DNA from: a virus
IMG/VR virus record: IMGVR_UViG_3300045595_000033
Length of the DNA stretch: 31,021 nucleotides
Strand: one strand, 5' to 3'
Of this stretch, positions 24,387-31,021 are shown piece by piece (position 1 is the stretch's first letter; each line of letters begins with the position of its first letter). Both the position numbers and the translations under genes were made by a program. Under the pieces are notes generated by a model that saw only the letters and a list, made by a program, of their open reading frames with translations, was not told where the DNA came from and did not search any database.

Positions 24387-25625
24387 ATGAAAACTATTGA
24401 AGATGTATGCAATGCAAACAAACTTATTGAAGCTTTCCACAATGCCCAGAAAGGCTGCATATGGAAAGAATCGGTCCAGCGTTATGAATGTAACCTATTA
24501 TTGAATACTTACGATTTGCAGAAATCAGTACGGGAAGGGCATTATTCCCAGAGAGAATTCTATGAGTTCAAGATCAATGAAAGAGGGAAATGCAGAGATA
24601 TCAAATCCATGTATATATCCGATAGGGTATTGCAGAGATCTCTTTGTGACAACATCATTACGCCAGCGATTGAGCCATATCTAATCTATGACAATGGAGC
24701 AAGCTTGAAAGATAAAGGCGTTGATTTTACCAGAGCCAGATTAGAGCATCATCTTCATAGTTATTTTAGAGAGAACGGATCCAATGATGGATTCGTTTTA
24801 TTGATTGATTTCAGCAAATATTTTGACAACATACAGCACGAAGAGCTGTATGAAATGCTATGCGATAGAGTTCCGGATAAAGAAGTCCGCAAACTGCTAA
24901 AGAATATTCTCGAAGGATTCAAGATAGATGTTTCCTATTTGTCTGATGAAGACTATCAGAACTGCATGAATGTTGTTTTCAACAGTCTGGAATATTCAAA
25001 GCTTGACCGGAGCATGATGATCGGCGAAAAGATGATGCCAAAATCTGTTGGCATTGGAAGCCAGATCAGCCAAAGTTCCGGAATCTATTATCCCGGCAGA
25101 ATGGATAACTATTGCAAGATAGTTAAAGGCATCAAGTATTACGGAAGATATATGGATGATACATACATTATTTCTTCTGATAAAGAGTATTTGCTGAAGC
25201 TATTGAACGATATTACGGATATCTGTAATGATCTGGGCATATTCATTAACAAAAAGAAAACTCAGATTGTGAAGCTATCTCATGGGTTCAAATTTCTGAA
25301 GATTCATTATATTTTGACGGATTCCGGTAAGGTTCTTAAAAAGTTTGATTCAGGAACATTCACCAGGGAAAAACGCAAGATCAAGAAATTCAGAAAGAAA
25401 TATGAATCTGGCGAGATGCTGTATGAAGATATTGTTCATTCATATCTCGGATGGCGTGGATCTGTTAAGAAGTTCAAAGCAAACACAAGAACTTTGCACG
25501 AAGTAGATCGTATGTTCCTGGAACTTTTTCCAGAGTACATAGAAGAGAACAAGAAAGAGAGGAAGATCTATTATGAAGATTCTGGACGAAAACGGAAAAG
25601 TATTAAAAACGACCCCGGATTTTAG
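24387..25625 (+). CDS. rt: DGR-type reverse transcriptase
   Basis: Motifs ERGKCRDI, SDRVLQRSL, NGASLKDKG, LLIDFSKYFDNI, GIGSQISQSSGIYY (DGR signature I/LGxxxSQ) and YGRYMDDTYII (YxDD). ATG at 24387; the ORF-track start at 24381 is TTG. Confidence 0.9.
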   Translation: MKTIEDVCNANKLIEAFHNAQKGCIWKESVQRYECNLLLNTYDLQKSVREGHYSQREFYEFKINERGKCRDIKSMYISDRVLQRSLCDNIITPAIEPYLIYDNGASLKDKGVDFTRARLEHHLHSYFRENGSNDGFVLLIDFSKYFDNIQHEELYEMLCDRVPDKEVRKLLKNILEGFKIDVSYLSDEDYQNCMNVVFNSLEYSKLDRSMMIGEKMMPKSVGIGSQISQSSGIYYPGRMDNYCKIVKGIKYYGRYMDDTYIISSDKEYLLKLLNDITDICNDLGIFINKKKTQIVKLSHGFKFLKIHYILTDSGKVLKKFDSGTFTREKRKIKKFRKKYESGEMLYEDIVHSYLGWRGSVKKFKANTRTLHEVDRMFLELFPEYIEENKKERKIYYEDSGRKRKSIKNDPGF

Positions 25626-25797
25626 CACTGGAAGATATCTTCAGGACGAAAACGGAAACCTTGTTTTTACAAAGTGGACGGATGAAGAACTGAAAGAAAT
25701 CAAAGAAAAAGAAAATGCAACATTAGGAGCCCGCGTAACTCAGGTTGAAAGTGCTGCCATGGAGCTTGCTCAGATGATCGGAGGAAATGCAGCATGA
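25573..25797 (+). CDS. Hypothetical tail-fibre-module protein
   Basis: 74-aa ORF overlapping the RT 3' end by 53 nt and ATGA-coupled to the next small ORF. Confidence 0.5.
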   Translation: MKILDENGKVLKTTPDFSTGRYLQDENGNLVFTKWTDEELKEIKEKENATLGARVTQVESAAMELAQMIGGNAA

Positions 25798-25913
25798 AAT
25801 ACATCTATGTAAGATGGATCATGGCTGGGAAGATCACCATTGATGATGTTCCTTCTCATTGGAAACAAGAAGTAGAAGACCTGTTAAAACAGGAACAGAA
25901 TAATGCCGGATGA
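25794..25913 (+). CDS. XkdX-like small protein (39 aa; below the ORF-track cutoff)
   Basis: Hand translation MKYIYVRWIMAGKITIDDVPSHWKQEVEDLLKQEQNNAG. Size, the ...G.ITIDDVP.. pattern and the position before the lysis genes resemble the XkdX family. Confidence 0.45.
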   Translation: MKYIYVRWIMAGKITIDDVPSHWKQEVEDLLKQEQNNAG

Positions 25914-26070
25914 ATCAACGCAGATCTTATGTGATGTGTGTGAAACGCTCATTGAGTGCATCCGTAAGCAAGATTCTATTATTCAGCAGTCTAAAATCTC
26001 AGTTTGCGATAAGCAAGAATCAGCACGTTTGGCAGAAAATGCGGAACGTGCTTTTAAGTTCGGGAAGTAG
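25903..26070 (+). CDS. Small Cys-containing hypothetical protein (55 aa; below the ORF-track cutoff)
   Basis: Hand translation MPDESTQILCDVCETLIECIRKQDSIIQQSKISVCDKQESARLAENAERAFKFGK. Overlaps the upstream stop. Preferred over the 25910..26131 track ORF. Confidence 0.4.
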   Translation: MPDESTQILCDVCETLIECIRKQDSIIQQSKISVCDKQESARLAENAERAFKFGK

Positions 26071-26087
26071 AAAGGAAAGGCTCATAT

Positions 26088-26195
26088 ATGGGACCAGAAG
26101 AAAATTCAGAAGTAACAGAAGCAGTAAATGAAGAGTTTGAAAACGGCAAAGGAAACGATACGCCGGAAGAAGTAGATAAGGAGGCAACAAAATGA
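26088..26195 (+). CDS. Acidic 35-aa micro-ORF, ATGA-coupled to the endolysin
   Basis: GAAAGGAAAGG RBS. MGPEENSEVTEAVNEEFENGKGNDTPEEVDKEATK shares the EFENGKG(N/D)DTPE motif with the ORF at 5568-6092. Confidence 0.4.
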   Translation: MGPEENSEVTEAVNEEFENGKGNDTPEEVDKEATK

Positions 26196-27151
26196 CATTT
26201 TCAAAGCTTGTTAGTTCAACACATTTTACAGATAAGTATAACGGCAGAAATGGTAATCCTATCTGTAAGATCACGCCTCATCACATGGCCGGCGTTATGT
26301 CCGGTGCAGCATGTGGAGCATATTTGCAGAGCACGCCTCGCCAGGCTAGTGCCAATTATTGTATTGGCGTAGATGGTGATATTGATTGCGAAGTCGAAGA
26401 AGAGAACAGAGCATGGACCTCTAGCTCATGGGATAACGATAAGAACGCAATTACCATTGAATGTTCTGATTGTGATGGAAATTGGAATATCTCTGATGCT
26501 ACATTTAACGCTCTGGTAGACCTCTGCGTTGATATTTGCCAGAGATATGGATTCTCATTGAACTATGATGGAACGCCTAATGGATCACTTACCGAACATA
26601 GAATGTTCGCTAACACTGATTGCCCAGGCGAACCATTCCATAACAGATTCCCTGAATTGGCAGAGAAAGTAAATGCAAGGTTAGGCGTAAGTCCTACTCC
26701 GGCACAGCCTTCAGCAGATGCTTCCATTGAAGAACTGGCACAGGAAGTTATTGCCGGCGTATATGGCAATGGTGATGAAAGACGTGCTGCACTTGGCAGC
26801 AACTATGATGCAGTACAGGCAAGAGTAAATGAGATCCTTGCGGGTGGCTCATCCGCTGCTCCATCCGTTGATATTGATGCATTGGCCAAAGCAGTGATTG
26901 CTGGCCAGTACGGAAATGGTGAAGACCGCAAGAATGCTCTTGGAGCTAATTATGATGCGGTCCAGGCAAGAGTAAATGAGATTCTTGCCGGTGGAAATTC
27001 AGACACAAAACCAGATATCGAAGCTCTGGCAAAGTCTGTTATTCATGGTGATTATGGAAACGGTGAAGACCGTAAGAACGCTCTTGGAGATAACTATGAT
27101 GCAGTACAGGCCCGGGTGAATGAAATCTTATCCGGGAACCATGGAGAATGA
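26192..27151 (+). CDS. Endolysin: N-acetylmuramoyl-L-alanine amidase (Amidase_2/PGRP-type) with three C-terminal CW_7 repeats
   Basis: ITPHHMAG, ANYCIGVDG, RAWTSS, NAITIECS and LTEHRMFANTDCPG (Zn ligands H...H...C), then three copies of VI.G.YGNGE(D/E)R...LG.NYDAVQARVNEIL. Confidence 0.85.
   Translation: MTFSKLVSSTHFTDKYNGRNGNPICKITPHHMAGVMSGAACGAYLQSTPRQASANYCIGVDGDIDCEVEEENRAWTSSSWDNDKNAITIECSDCDGNWNISDATFNALVDLCVDICQRYGFSLNYDGTPNGSLTEHRMFANTDCPGEPFHNRFPELAEKVNARLGVSPTPAQPSADASIEELAQEVIAGVYGNGDERRAALGSNYDAVQARVNEILAGGSSAAPSVDIDALAKAVIAGQYGNGEDRKNALGANYDAVQARVNEILAGGNSDTKPDIEALAKSVIHGDYGNGEDRKNALGDNYDAVQARVNEILSGNHGE
26726..27130 (+). repeat. Three tandem CW_7 (Cpl-7-type) cell-wall-binding repeats, period 144-147 bp
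   Basis: Repeat cores at 26726-26839, 26873-26986 and 27017-27130, computed from residue positions 179-216, 228-265 and 276-313. Confidence 0.8.
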
Positions 27152-27175
27152 AGAAAGAAAGGCGGTGGCTAGATC

Positions 27176-27565
27176 GTGGATTTCGGAAATCTTGTAACCG
27201 CAATTGTTGTGGCTGTTTCAGTTCCTATTGTTCAATCACTGATAGAAGGCATCAAACACAAAAGGAATAGGAAAGAGCACAAAGAGGATTCAAAGGAAAT
27301 GGATCACACCATTGTGATCCAGGACCATGAAGACATCAAAGAAATAAGAGACAGCATGCTCACCTTAAAGATTGCCCAGCTTGTTGTCTTGCATGACCGC
27401 CTTTATTACTTGCTTAGAAAGGTAAGGAATAAAGGAAATTTTGCTCCGGGTGAATATAACAATCTGAAGAGTATGTATGATAGCTATGTTGCACTTGGAG
27501 ATGGTGATAAAGAAGTCCATAAATTATGGGCACAAGTTTCAAGCTTCAATATAAAAGGAGATTGA
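27176..27565 (+). CDS. N-terminally anchored membrane protein (lysis accessory / holin-like)
   Basis: GTG start. TM segment FGNLVTAIVVAVSVPIVQSLI followed by a charged helical region. Lies between the endolysin and the holin. Confidence 0.45.
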   Translation: MDFGNLVTAIVVAVSVPIVQSLIEGIKHKRNRKEHKEDSKEMDHTIVIQDHEDIKEIRDSMLTLKIAQLVVLHDRLYYLLRKVRNKGNFAPGEYNNLKSMYDSYVALGDGDKEVHKLWAQVSSFNIKGD

Positions 27566-27567
27566 CT

Positions 27568-27906
27568 ATGAAGATCAATTGGAAAGTAAGAATTAAGAGC
27601 AAAGCATTCTGGCTGGCTCTTGTTCCGGCAGTGCTGCTGTTTGCCCAGGCTGTAGCAGCTCCATTTGGCTACAAATGGGATTTTGTTGTTCTGAATCAGC
27701 AGTTGGCATCTATTATCAACACATTGTTTGCGGTTCTTACGCTTCTCGGTGTTGTTACTGATCCAACAACTCCTGGGTTATCAGACAGTGCAAGAGCATT
27801 AACCTATGTAGCTCCTGGAGTAACTCCAGCAACAGAAAACACGGTTGCCGGATCTACAACAGAAACATCACAGGCAACAGATCATTACGCAGATTCTGGA
27901 AAGTAA
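27568..27906 (+). CDS. Holin (phi LC3-family-like)
   Basis: ATG 27568 follows an AAAGGAG RBS. MKINWKVRIKSKAFWLALVPAVLLFAQAV...INTLFAVLTLLGVVTDPTTPGLSDSARALTY matches the phiLC3-type holin pattern. Confidence 0.75.
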   Translation: MKINWKVRIKSKAFWLALVPAVLLFAQAVAAPFGYKWDFVVLNQQLASIINTLFAVLTLLGVVTDPTTPGLSDSARALTYVAPGVTPATENTVAGSTTETSQATDHYADSGK

Positions 27907-27912
27907 ATATTA

Positions 27913-27945
27913 AAAAACGGAGCTTTTAAGGCTCCGTTTTTTTTG
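27913..27945 (+). terminator. Rho-independent terminator ending the late operon
   Basis: aacggagc ... gctccgtt stem followed by an 8-T run. Confidence 0.8.
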
Positions 27946-28160
27946 TTGCTTTGCAGCAGTTGAAAACCAGTTTATTTTTTATAAAATGTAGTAATTTTTA
28001 GTAAAAACTAATATGTTCTAATATCAAAAAGTATTGATTTGTAGCGAAAAGTAAAAAAAATATCATTCCTGCCAATCGGCATTGAAACTTAAAAGTACGC
28101 TTAAATAGCGTACTTTTTTGTTATACATTGTATAAAACAGTTTATCTACAGTTTACTTTT
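27946..28160. other. Candidate attP region (AT-rich, repeat-bearing, adjacent to int)
   Basis: Sits between the late terminator and the integrase 3' end. CAGTTTA motif at 27968, 28138 and 28149. Palindrome ttataca-t-tgtataa at 28121-28135. Confidence 0.4.
28091..28117 (-). terminator. Hairpin flanked by A/T runs (bidirectional terminator candidate downstream of int)
   Basis: aaaagtacgc-ttaaata-gcgtactttt, a perfect 10-bp stem including the A/T runs. Confidence 0.55.
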
Positions 28161-29198
28161 TCAAAATTTTACGTTTTTAAGGACATTCAAAGTCGCATTC
28201 TGCTTGTTATCAAATATGTGGCTATATGTCCGCATTGTCTGCGCCGGGCTGCTATGGCCAATCCGCTTTGAGATTTCCGGAACTGGAACTCCAGCATTCC
28301 ATAAAAGTGAAACGTGGCTATGCCTTAAATCATGTATTCTTGTATCTTTAGATAATCCGGCAGATATCAGATCGGCTTTGAAGTGGTCTTGAAGCGTTGT
28401 AAGACATGCCGGAACATAATCACCAAACATATATTTTCCTGGCATTTTTGAATGTCTTTCAAAAATTTGTGCTGTTGTGTCATCAAGAGGAACATATCTT
28501 ATTGAACCTCTTGTTTTTGGTTCTTTTAGAGATTTTTCTCCTCTCCGCATAGCCTTTGTTATGTGTATTTGCTTTGTGCTCGGGTTATAGTCTTCTTTTA
28601 GAAGAGCACGAAGCTCTCCTTTTCTTGCTCCAGTCATATACAAAGCGGTGAAGAAATCTTTGCATAGCGGATCATCTTCTGCATTCATCATATTTTTGAA
28701 ATTTTCTGTTGTTATTATCATGATTTCTTTTTCATCCTTTAACGTTTTTGGATAATGCTTCAAAATTTTAGATGCATCATATGTATCATATGTTTCATAC
28801 GAATATCTAAATATCATCTTGATTAGATCAATAACATCATTTTTTGTATCGGTGCAAATAGGGAAATCATTTAATGTGGTTCTCCATGATTGAAGCATTT
28901 CTTTAGATATTAAGTGCATTGGCTTTTGGTAGATAGATTCTGCATATTTTTTTAGGCGGCCTCTCCGAAGCTCTGTGGTTTCGCTGTTGGCTATATTATG
29001 AGCAGACATAGCTTCAAACGCTTGTATCATAGTCATGTGTTTAGATAAAGTTTCTCCTTTATGATCAAGCTCATATTGCTTTGCCTCATCCGCTGTTTTG
29101 AATCCCCATTTGCATTTGTGCTTCAAATCTCCATTTGCATCTTTAACGTAGAACTGGCAATCCCATAGCTTTGTTTTTTTGTTTTTTTTAACAGACAT
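28161..29198 (-). CDS. int: Tyrosine integrase
   Basis: 345 aa with an N-terminal SAM-like/arm region. ...GARKGELRAL..., HDLRHSHVSLLWNAGVP and GHSSPAQTMRTYSHI supply the R...HxxR...Y catalytic set. Confidence 0.9.
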   Translation of the reverse strand: MSVKKNKKTKLWDCQFYVKDANGDLKHKCKWGFKTADEAKQYELDHKGETLSKHMTMIQAFEAMSAHNIANSETTELRRGRLKKYAESIYQKPMHLISKEMLQSWRTTLNDFPICTDTKNDVIDLIKMIFRYSYETYDTYDASKILKHYPKTLKDEKEIMIITTENFKNMMNAEDDPLCKDFFTALYMTGARKGELRALLKEDYNPSTKQIHITKAMRRGEKSLKEPKTRGSIRYVPLDDTTAQIFERHSKMPGKYMFGDYVPACLTTLQDHFKADLISAGLSKDTRIHDLRHSHVSLLWNAGVPVPEISKRIGHSSPAQTMRTYSHIFDNKQNATLNVLKNVKF

Positions 29199-29267
29199 GT
29201 TTATTCCTCCATTTCAAAATGTTAAAATAAGCATAAGAAAAACATCTTAACGGGTGGATTTCTTACA

Positions 29268-29300
29268 GGTGTTCCTGCCTCTTACAGGAGCACCATTTTT
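29268..29300 (+). terminator. Hairpin plus T-run oriented on the + strand inside the lysogeny module
   Basis: ggtgttcctg-cctctta-caggagcacc (9/10 pairing) followed by ATTTTTTATTT. It would stop + strand read-through that runs antisense to the repressor operon. Confidence 0.35.
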
Positions 29301-29590
29301 TATTTCTTTGCTATTTCTTCCAATTGCTTGCTTATTCTGTCAAGCTGCCGAATAATAATGAAATTTTGCTCAACTGCTGTGACTGATAACACATCATGCG
29401 TTTTGTTAAAATCCATTGCCGTTTGAAGCATCGGCTTCTTTATCCCTTTGAATTCGTTCAGAATAGTTATTATTGATTCTCTATCCTGTGGATCAGACAA
29501 TTCGTTCATTCCAAATAAGCTTAAAAGTTCTTCTGTTTTACGTTCTTTTTTCTCTTCTTTAGATTCCTTTTCTCCACCAAAAATTCCCAT
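29300..29590 (-). CDS. Hypothetical lysogeny-module protein
   Basis: 96-aa ORF with a GGAGGA RBS between the repressor and the integrase. No motif recognised. Confidence 0.55.
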   Translation of the reverse strand: MGIFGGEKESKEEKKERKTEELLSLFGMNELSDPQDRESIITILNEFKGIKKPMLQTAMDFNKTHDVLSVTAVEQNFIIIRQLDRISKQLEEIAKK

Positions 29591-29611
29591 GTTTTGCGTC
29601 CTCCATTACGC

Positions 29612-30244
29612 TTAGTGTTTATGTAAAGAGTATGCTAATACTCCTATACATCTAAAATGTTCATTTTCTACGTCCACAAGTATTGGGTCAAATTTATCAT
29701 TTGCCGGAAGCAATACGATTTTCTTATCATTAGTTACGTGATATTTCTTACACATTGCATAATTATCATCAATGCAGAAGCATCCTATTTTCCCGTTATC
29801 TATATGGCCAGATTTTTTGAATACCAATATATCCCCATCCTTTATTCCTTCTCCAATCATGGAATTTCCATTTGCTATTTGAGCGAAATATTCATAATGA
29901 TTGTTTAACATGTTCGAAGGCAAAGATATGTAATCTGTTATATTGTCTTCCGTGAATCCTCCATTTCCGCAGCATATTGGAGAATATAGTGGTATACGAA
30001 TAGAAATAATTTGTTGATCATCTTTTACTTCTTCTTGACTGTTAGTCCATCCCATTAAATATGCTGGATCGACATGGAGAAATAATGCTATCTTTTCAAC
30101 GTTATCATTTGGAATGTTGGTAATTATATTGTTTTCATATTTATATATATTTTGTCTGGTTGATTTAACGCATTTTGCCAGATCGTCCAATGTATAGCCT
30201 TTTTCAATTCTTATTTTCTTTATTCTTTCTCCAACCGTCTCCAT
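29612..30244 (-). CDS. CI-like repressor: XRE-family HTH fused to an S24 (LexA-like) autopeptidase domain
   Basis: N-terminus IKKIRIEKGYTLDDLAKCVKSTRQNIYKYEN (HTH). C-terminus ANGNSMIGEGIKDGDILVFKK ... MCKKY (Ser/Lys dyad pattern). Confidence 0.85.
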   Translation of the reverse strand: METVGERIKKIRIEKGYTLDDLAKCVKSTRQNIYKYENNIITNIPNDNVEKIALFLHVDPAYLMGWTNSQEEVKDDQQIISIRIPLYSPICCGNGGFTEDNITDYISLPSNMLNNHYEYFAQIANGNSMIGEGIKDGDILVFKKSGHIDNGKIGCFCIDDNYAMCKKYHVTNDKKIVLLPANDKFDPILVDVENEHFRCIGVLAYSLHKH

Positions 30245-30281
30245 AATCAGTGCTCCTTACAGCTTGAATTATATCATTATT

Positions 30282-30372
30282 AACTTAACAAGATACAAAA
30301 ATATATGAAATTAAATCAAAAATAACTTGACGGGCTACGTTTATGGAGTAATATGTAACTTATAAAGATACA
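30282..30372. promoter_or_regulatory. Immunity switch region with two 16-bp direct repeats (candidate operators)
   Basis: aacttaacaagataca (30282-30297) and aacttataaagataca (30357-30372) are 14/16 identical. A third taactt half-site lies at 30323. Confidence 0.45.
30327..30354 (+). promoter_or_regulatory. Sigma-70-type early promoter for the Cro-like gene
   Basis: TTGACG (30327-30332), 16-nt spacer, TAATAT (30349-30354). AAAGGAG RBS and the ATG at 30386 lie downstream. Confidence 0.55.
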
Positions 30373-30385
30373 GAAAGGAGAAAAG

Positions 30386-30595
30386 ATGATTGATACAAAT
30401 GCTTTGAATGGATTGATCCACGAAAAGGGATATTCCAAAAGAAGTTTTGCAAATGCAATTGGAATGGGTGAGCAAAGGTTTTATAGATGCATGAAAAAAG
30501 GCGTTTTTGGAAGTGATGACATGGAAAAGATGGTAGATCTTCTTGGCATTGAAAATCCGAAACCTATTTTTTTTGCAAAGCGTGTAACTCAATAA
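30386..30595 (+). CDS. Cro-like / HTH early regulator
   Basis: 69 aa, divergent from the repressor. ...KGYSKRSFANAIGMGEQRFYRCMK HTH-like segment. Confidence 0.6.
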   Translation: MIDTNALNGLIHEKGYSKRSFANAIGMGEQRFYRCMKKGVFGSDDMEKMVDLLGIENPKPIFFAKRVTQ

Positions 30596-30615
30596 GTTAC
30601 TAGAAAGGAGACTGG

Positions 30616-30852
30616 ATGCATACCAATAAAGAAAAAGCGATAGTTCTATCGCAATCTGTTCTTCGAATAAAGGATATTAGGATTTTGTTGGATTGTGGCC
30701 CAAATGTTGCTTCCGATACTGCAAAAGAATTCAAACGTTGGTATGAGCAGAAGACAGGATATGCAACTAAGCAAGTTCCAACAGAGATGTTCATTCAGTA
30801 TAAAAAAATAAATGAAAAACGCATATTGCAATACGCAGAACGTGGGTATTAA
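30616..30852 (+). CDS. Small DNA-binding protein (excisionase/HTH_17-like, tentative)
   Basis: 78 aa. LRIKDIRILLDCGPNVASDTAKEFKRW resembles Xis/AlpA-type winged helices. GAAAGGAG RBS. Confidence 0.4.
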   Translation: MHTNKEKAIVLSQSVLRIKDIRILLDCGPNVASDTAKEFKRWYEQKTGYATKQVPTEMFIQYKKINEKRILQYAERGY

Positions 30853-30855
30853 AAA

Positions 30856-30890
30856 GAGTGCTTAGTCCGTAGGAAGACTGTTAAGCACTC
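30856..30890 (+). terminator. Stem-loop after the Xis-like gene (no clear T-tract)
   Basis: gagtgctta ... taagcactc is a 9-bp stem. The loop can pair further (agtc/gact). Confidence 0.3.
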
Positions 30891-30894
30891 AATG

Positions 30895-31021
30895 GATGGC
30901 TTTTATTAGCCGTCTCTATATTAACACAAAAAGGAGACTATGAAAATGGCATCAACAACAATTACAAGGAAACAACAGGTTCAAGTTCAACTTGCGATAC
31001 TTGACAGAATCAAGTATTTAT
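30895..31021. repeat. Terminal direct repeat, copy 2 (identical to 1-127)
   Basis: Same 127-bp string as 1-127. It truncates a second copy of the ORF that starts at 46. Confidence 0.9.

Larger units (their letters stand above)
22589..25625 (+). mobile_element. Diversity-generating retroelement cassette: target(VR) - avd-like - TR/spacer RNA - RT
   Basis: A-only TR/VR mismatches and an RT with the IGSQxSQ and YMDD motifs. Gene order is identical to the Bordetella phage BPP-1 mtd-avd-TR-brt arrangement. Confidence 0.9.
1..30894. mobile_element. Complete temperate tailed-phage genome (one unit length of a circular contig)
   Basis: Full set of phage modules is present: lysogeny, early/replication, packaging, head, tail, lysis. 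The window ends repeat its beginning exactly. Confidence 0.85.

Noticed and set aside
24387-25625. The reverse transcriptase as a retron, group II intron or Abi/DRT-type defence RT
   Set aside because: An adjacent TR/VR pair with adenine-only mismatches, an Avd-like gene and the IGSQxSQ motif all point to a DGR. No msr/msd-like inverted repeats, intron ribozyme domains or maturase/endonuclease extension are visible.
25910-26131. 73-aa track ORF upstream of the endolysin
   Set aside because: Its translation is basic and low-complexity (…RKFRSNRSSK) and it has no RBS. Two shorter ORFs in other frames (25903-26070 and 26088-26195) have better start contexts, and one shares a motif with 5568-6092. 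Confidence in all three remains modest.
1-31021. tRNA, rRNA, tmRNA genes, CRISPR arrays, transposase/IS elements, stop-codon recoding
   Set aside because: No cloverleaf-like or rRNA-like segments were noticed in the intergenic gaps (7121-7271, 8014-8303, 9097-9181, 27907-28160, 29199-29299, 30245-30385). All long genes read through with the standard code. A tRNAscan/Infernal run would be needed for certainty.

Overview
The window is one complete temperate tailed-phage genome of about 30.9 kb, assembled as a circle: bases 1-127 recur exactly at 30895-31021. Strong AGGAGG-type ribosome-binding sites, roughly 40% GC by eye and Gram-positive-type lysis genes suggest a low-GC Firmicute-like host. 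Gene order on the + strand: small early genes with a replication organiser, a PcfK/PcfJ-like pair and a DUF3850-like protein (46-6372); a second small tyrosine recombinase (6383-7120); a RinA/ArpU-like late activator (7606-8013); an array of ten phased 10-bp repeats (8041-8140); an HNH endonuclease with TerS and TerL (8641-11351); an HK97-type head module (11363-15217); a siphovirus tail module whose chaperone has a canonical -1 frameshift site (15210-22574); the tail-fibre gene; a lysis cassette with an amidase carrying three CW_7 repeats and a holin (26192-27906). A lysogeny module with integrase, CI/LexA-like repressor and Cro-like protein sits on the - strand and across the divergent region (28161-30852). 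The standout system is a diversity-generating retroelement (DGR) at 22589-25625, laid out as tail-fibre target with a C-terminal VR, Avd-like protein, TR plus spacer RNA, then reverse transcriptase. The 85-bp TR and VR differ at 18 positions, and every one is an adenine in the TR. All 11 Asn (AAY) codons of the TR are recoded in the VR. A perfect 10-bp hairpin follows the VR. DGRs are a known class, so this is a new instance rather than a new mechanism. Less explained features are the 10-bp repeat array, a hairpin plus tandem 15-mers between HNH and terS (candidate cos), the extra recombinase, an early-region protein that looks like a catalytic-domain-deleted copy of the endolysin, and two tandem Cys-rich mini-proteins. 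All family names come from motif recognition by eye; no database search was possible.
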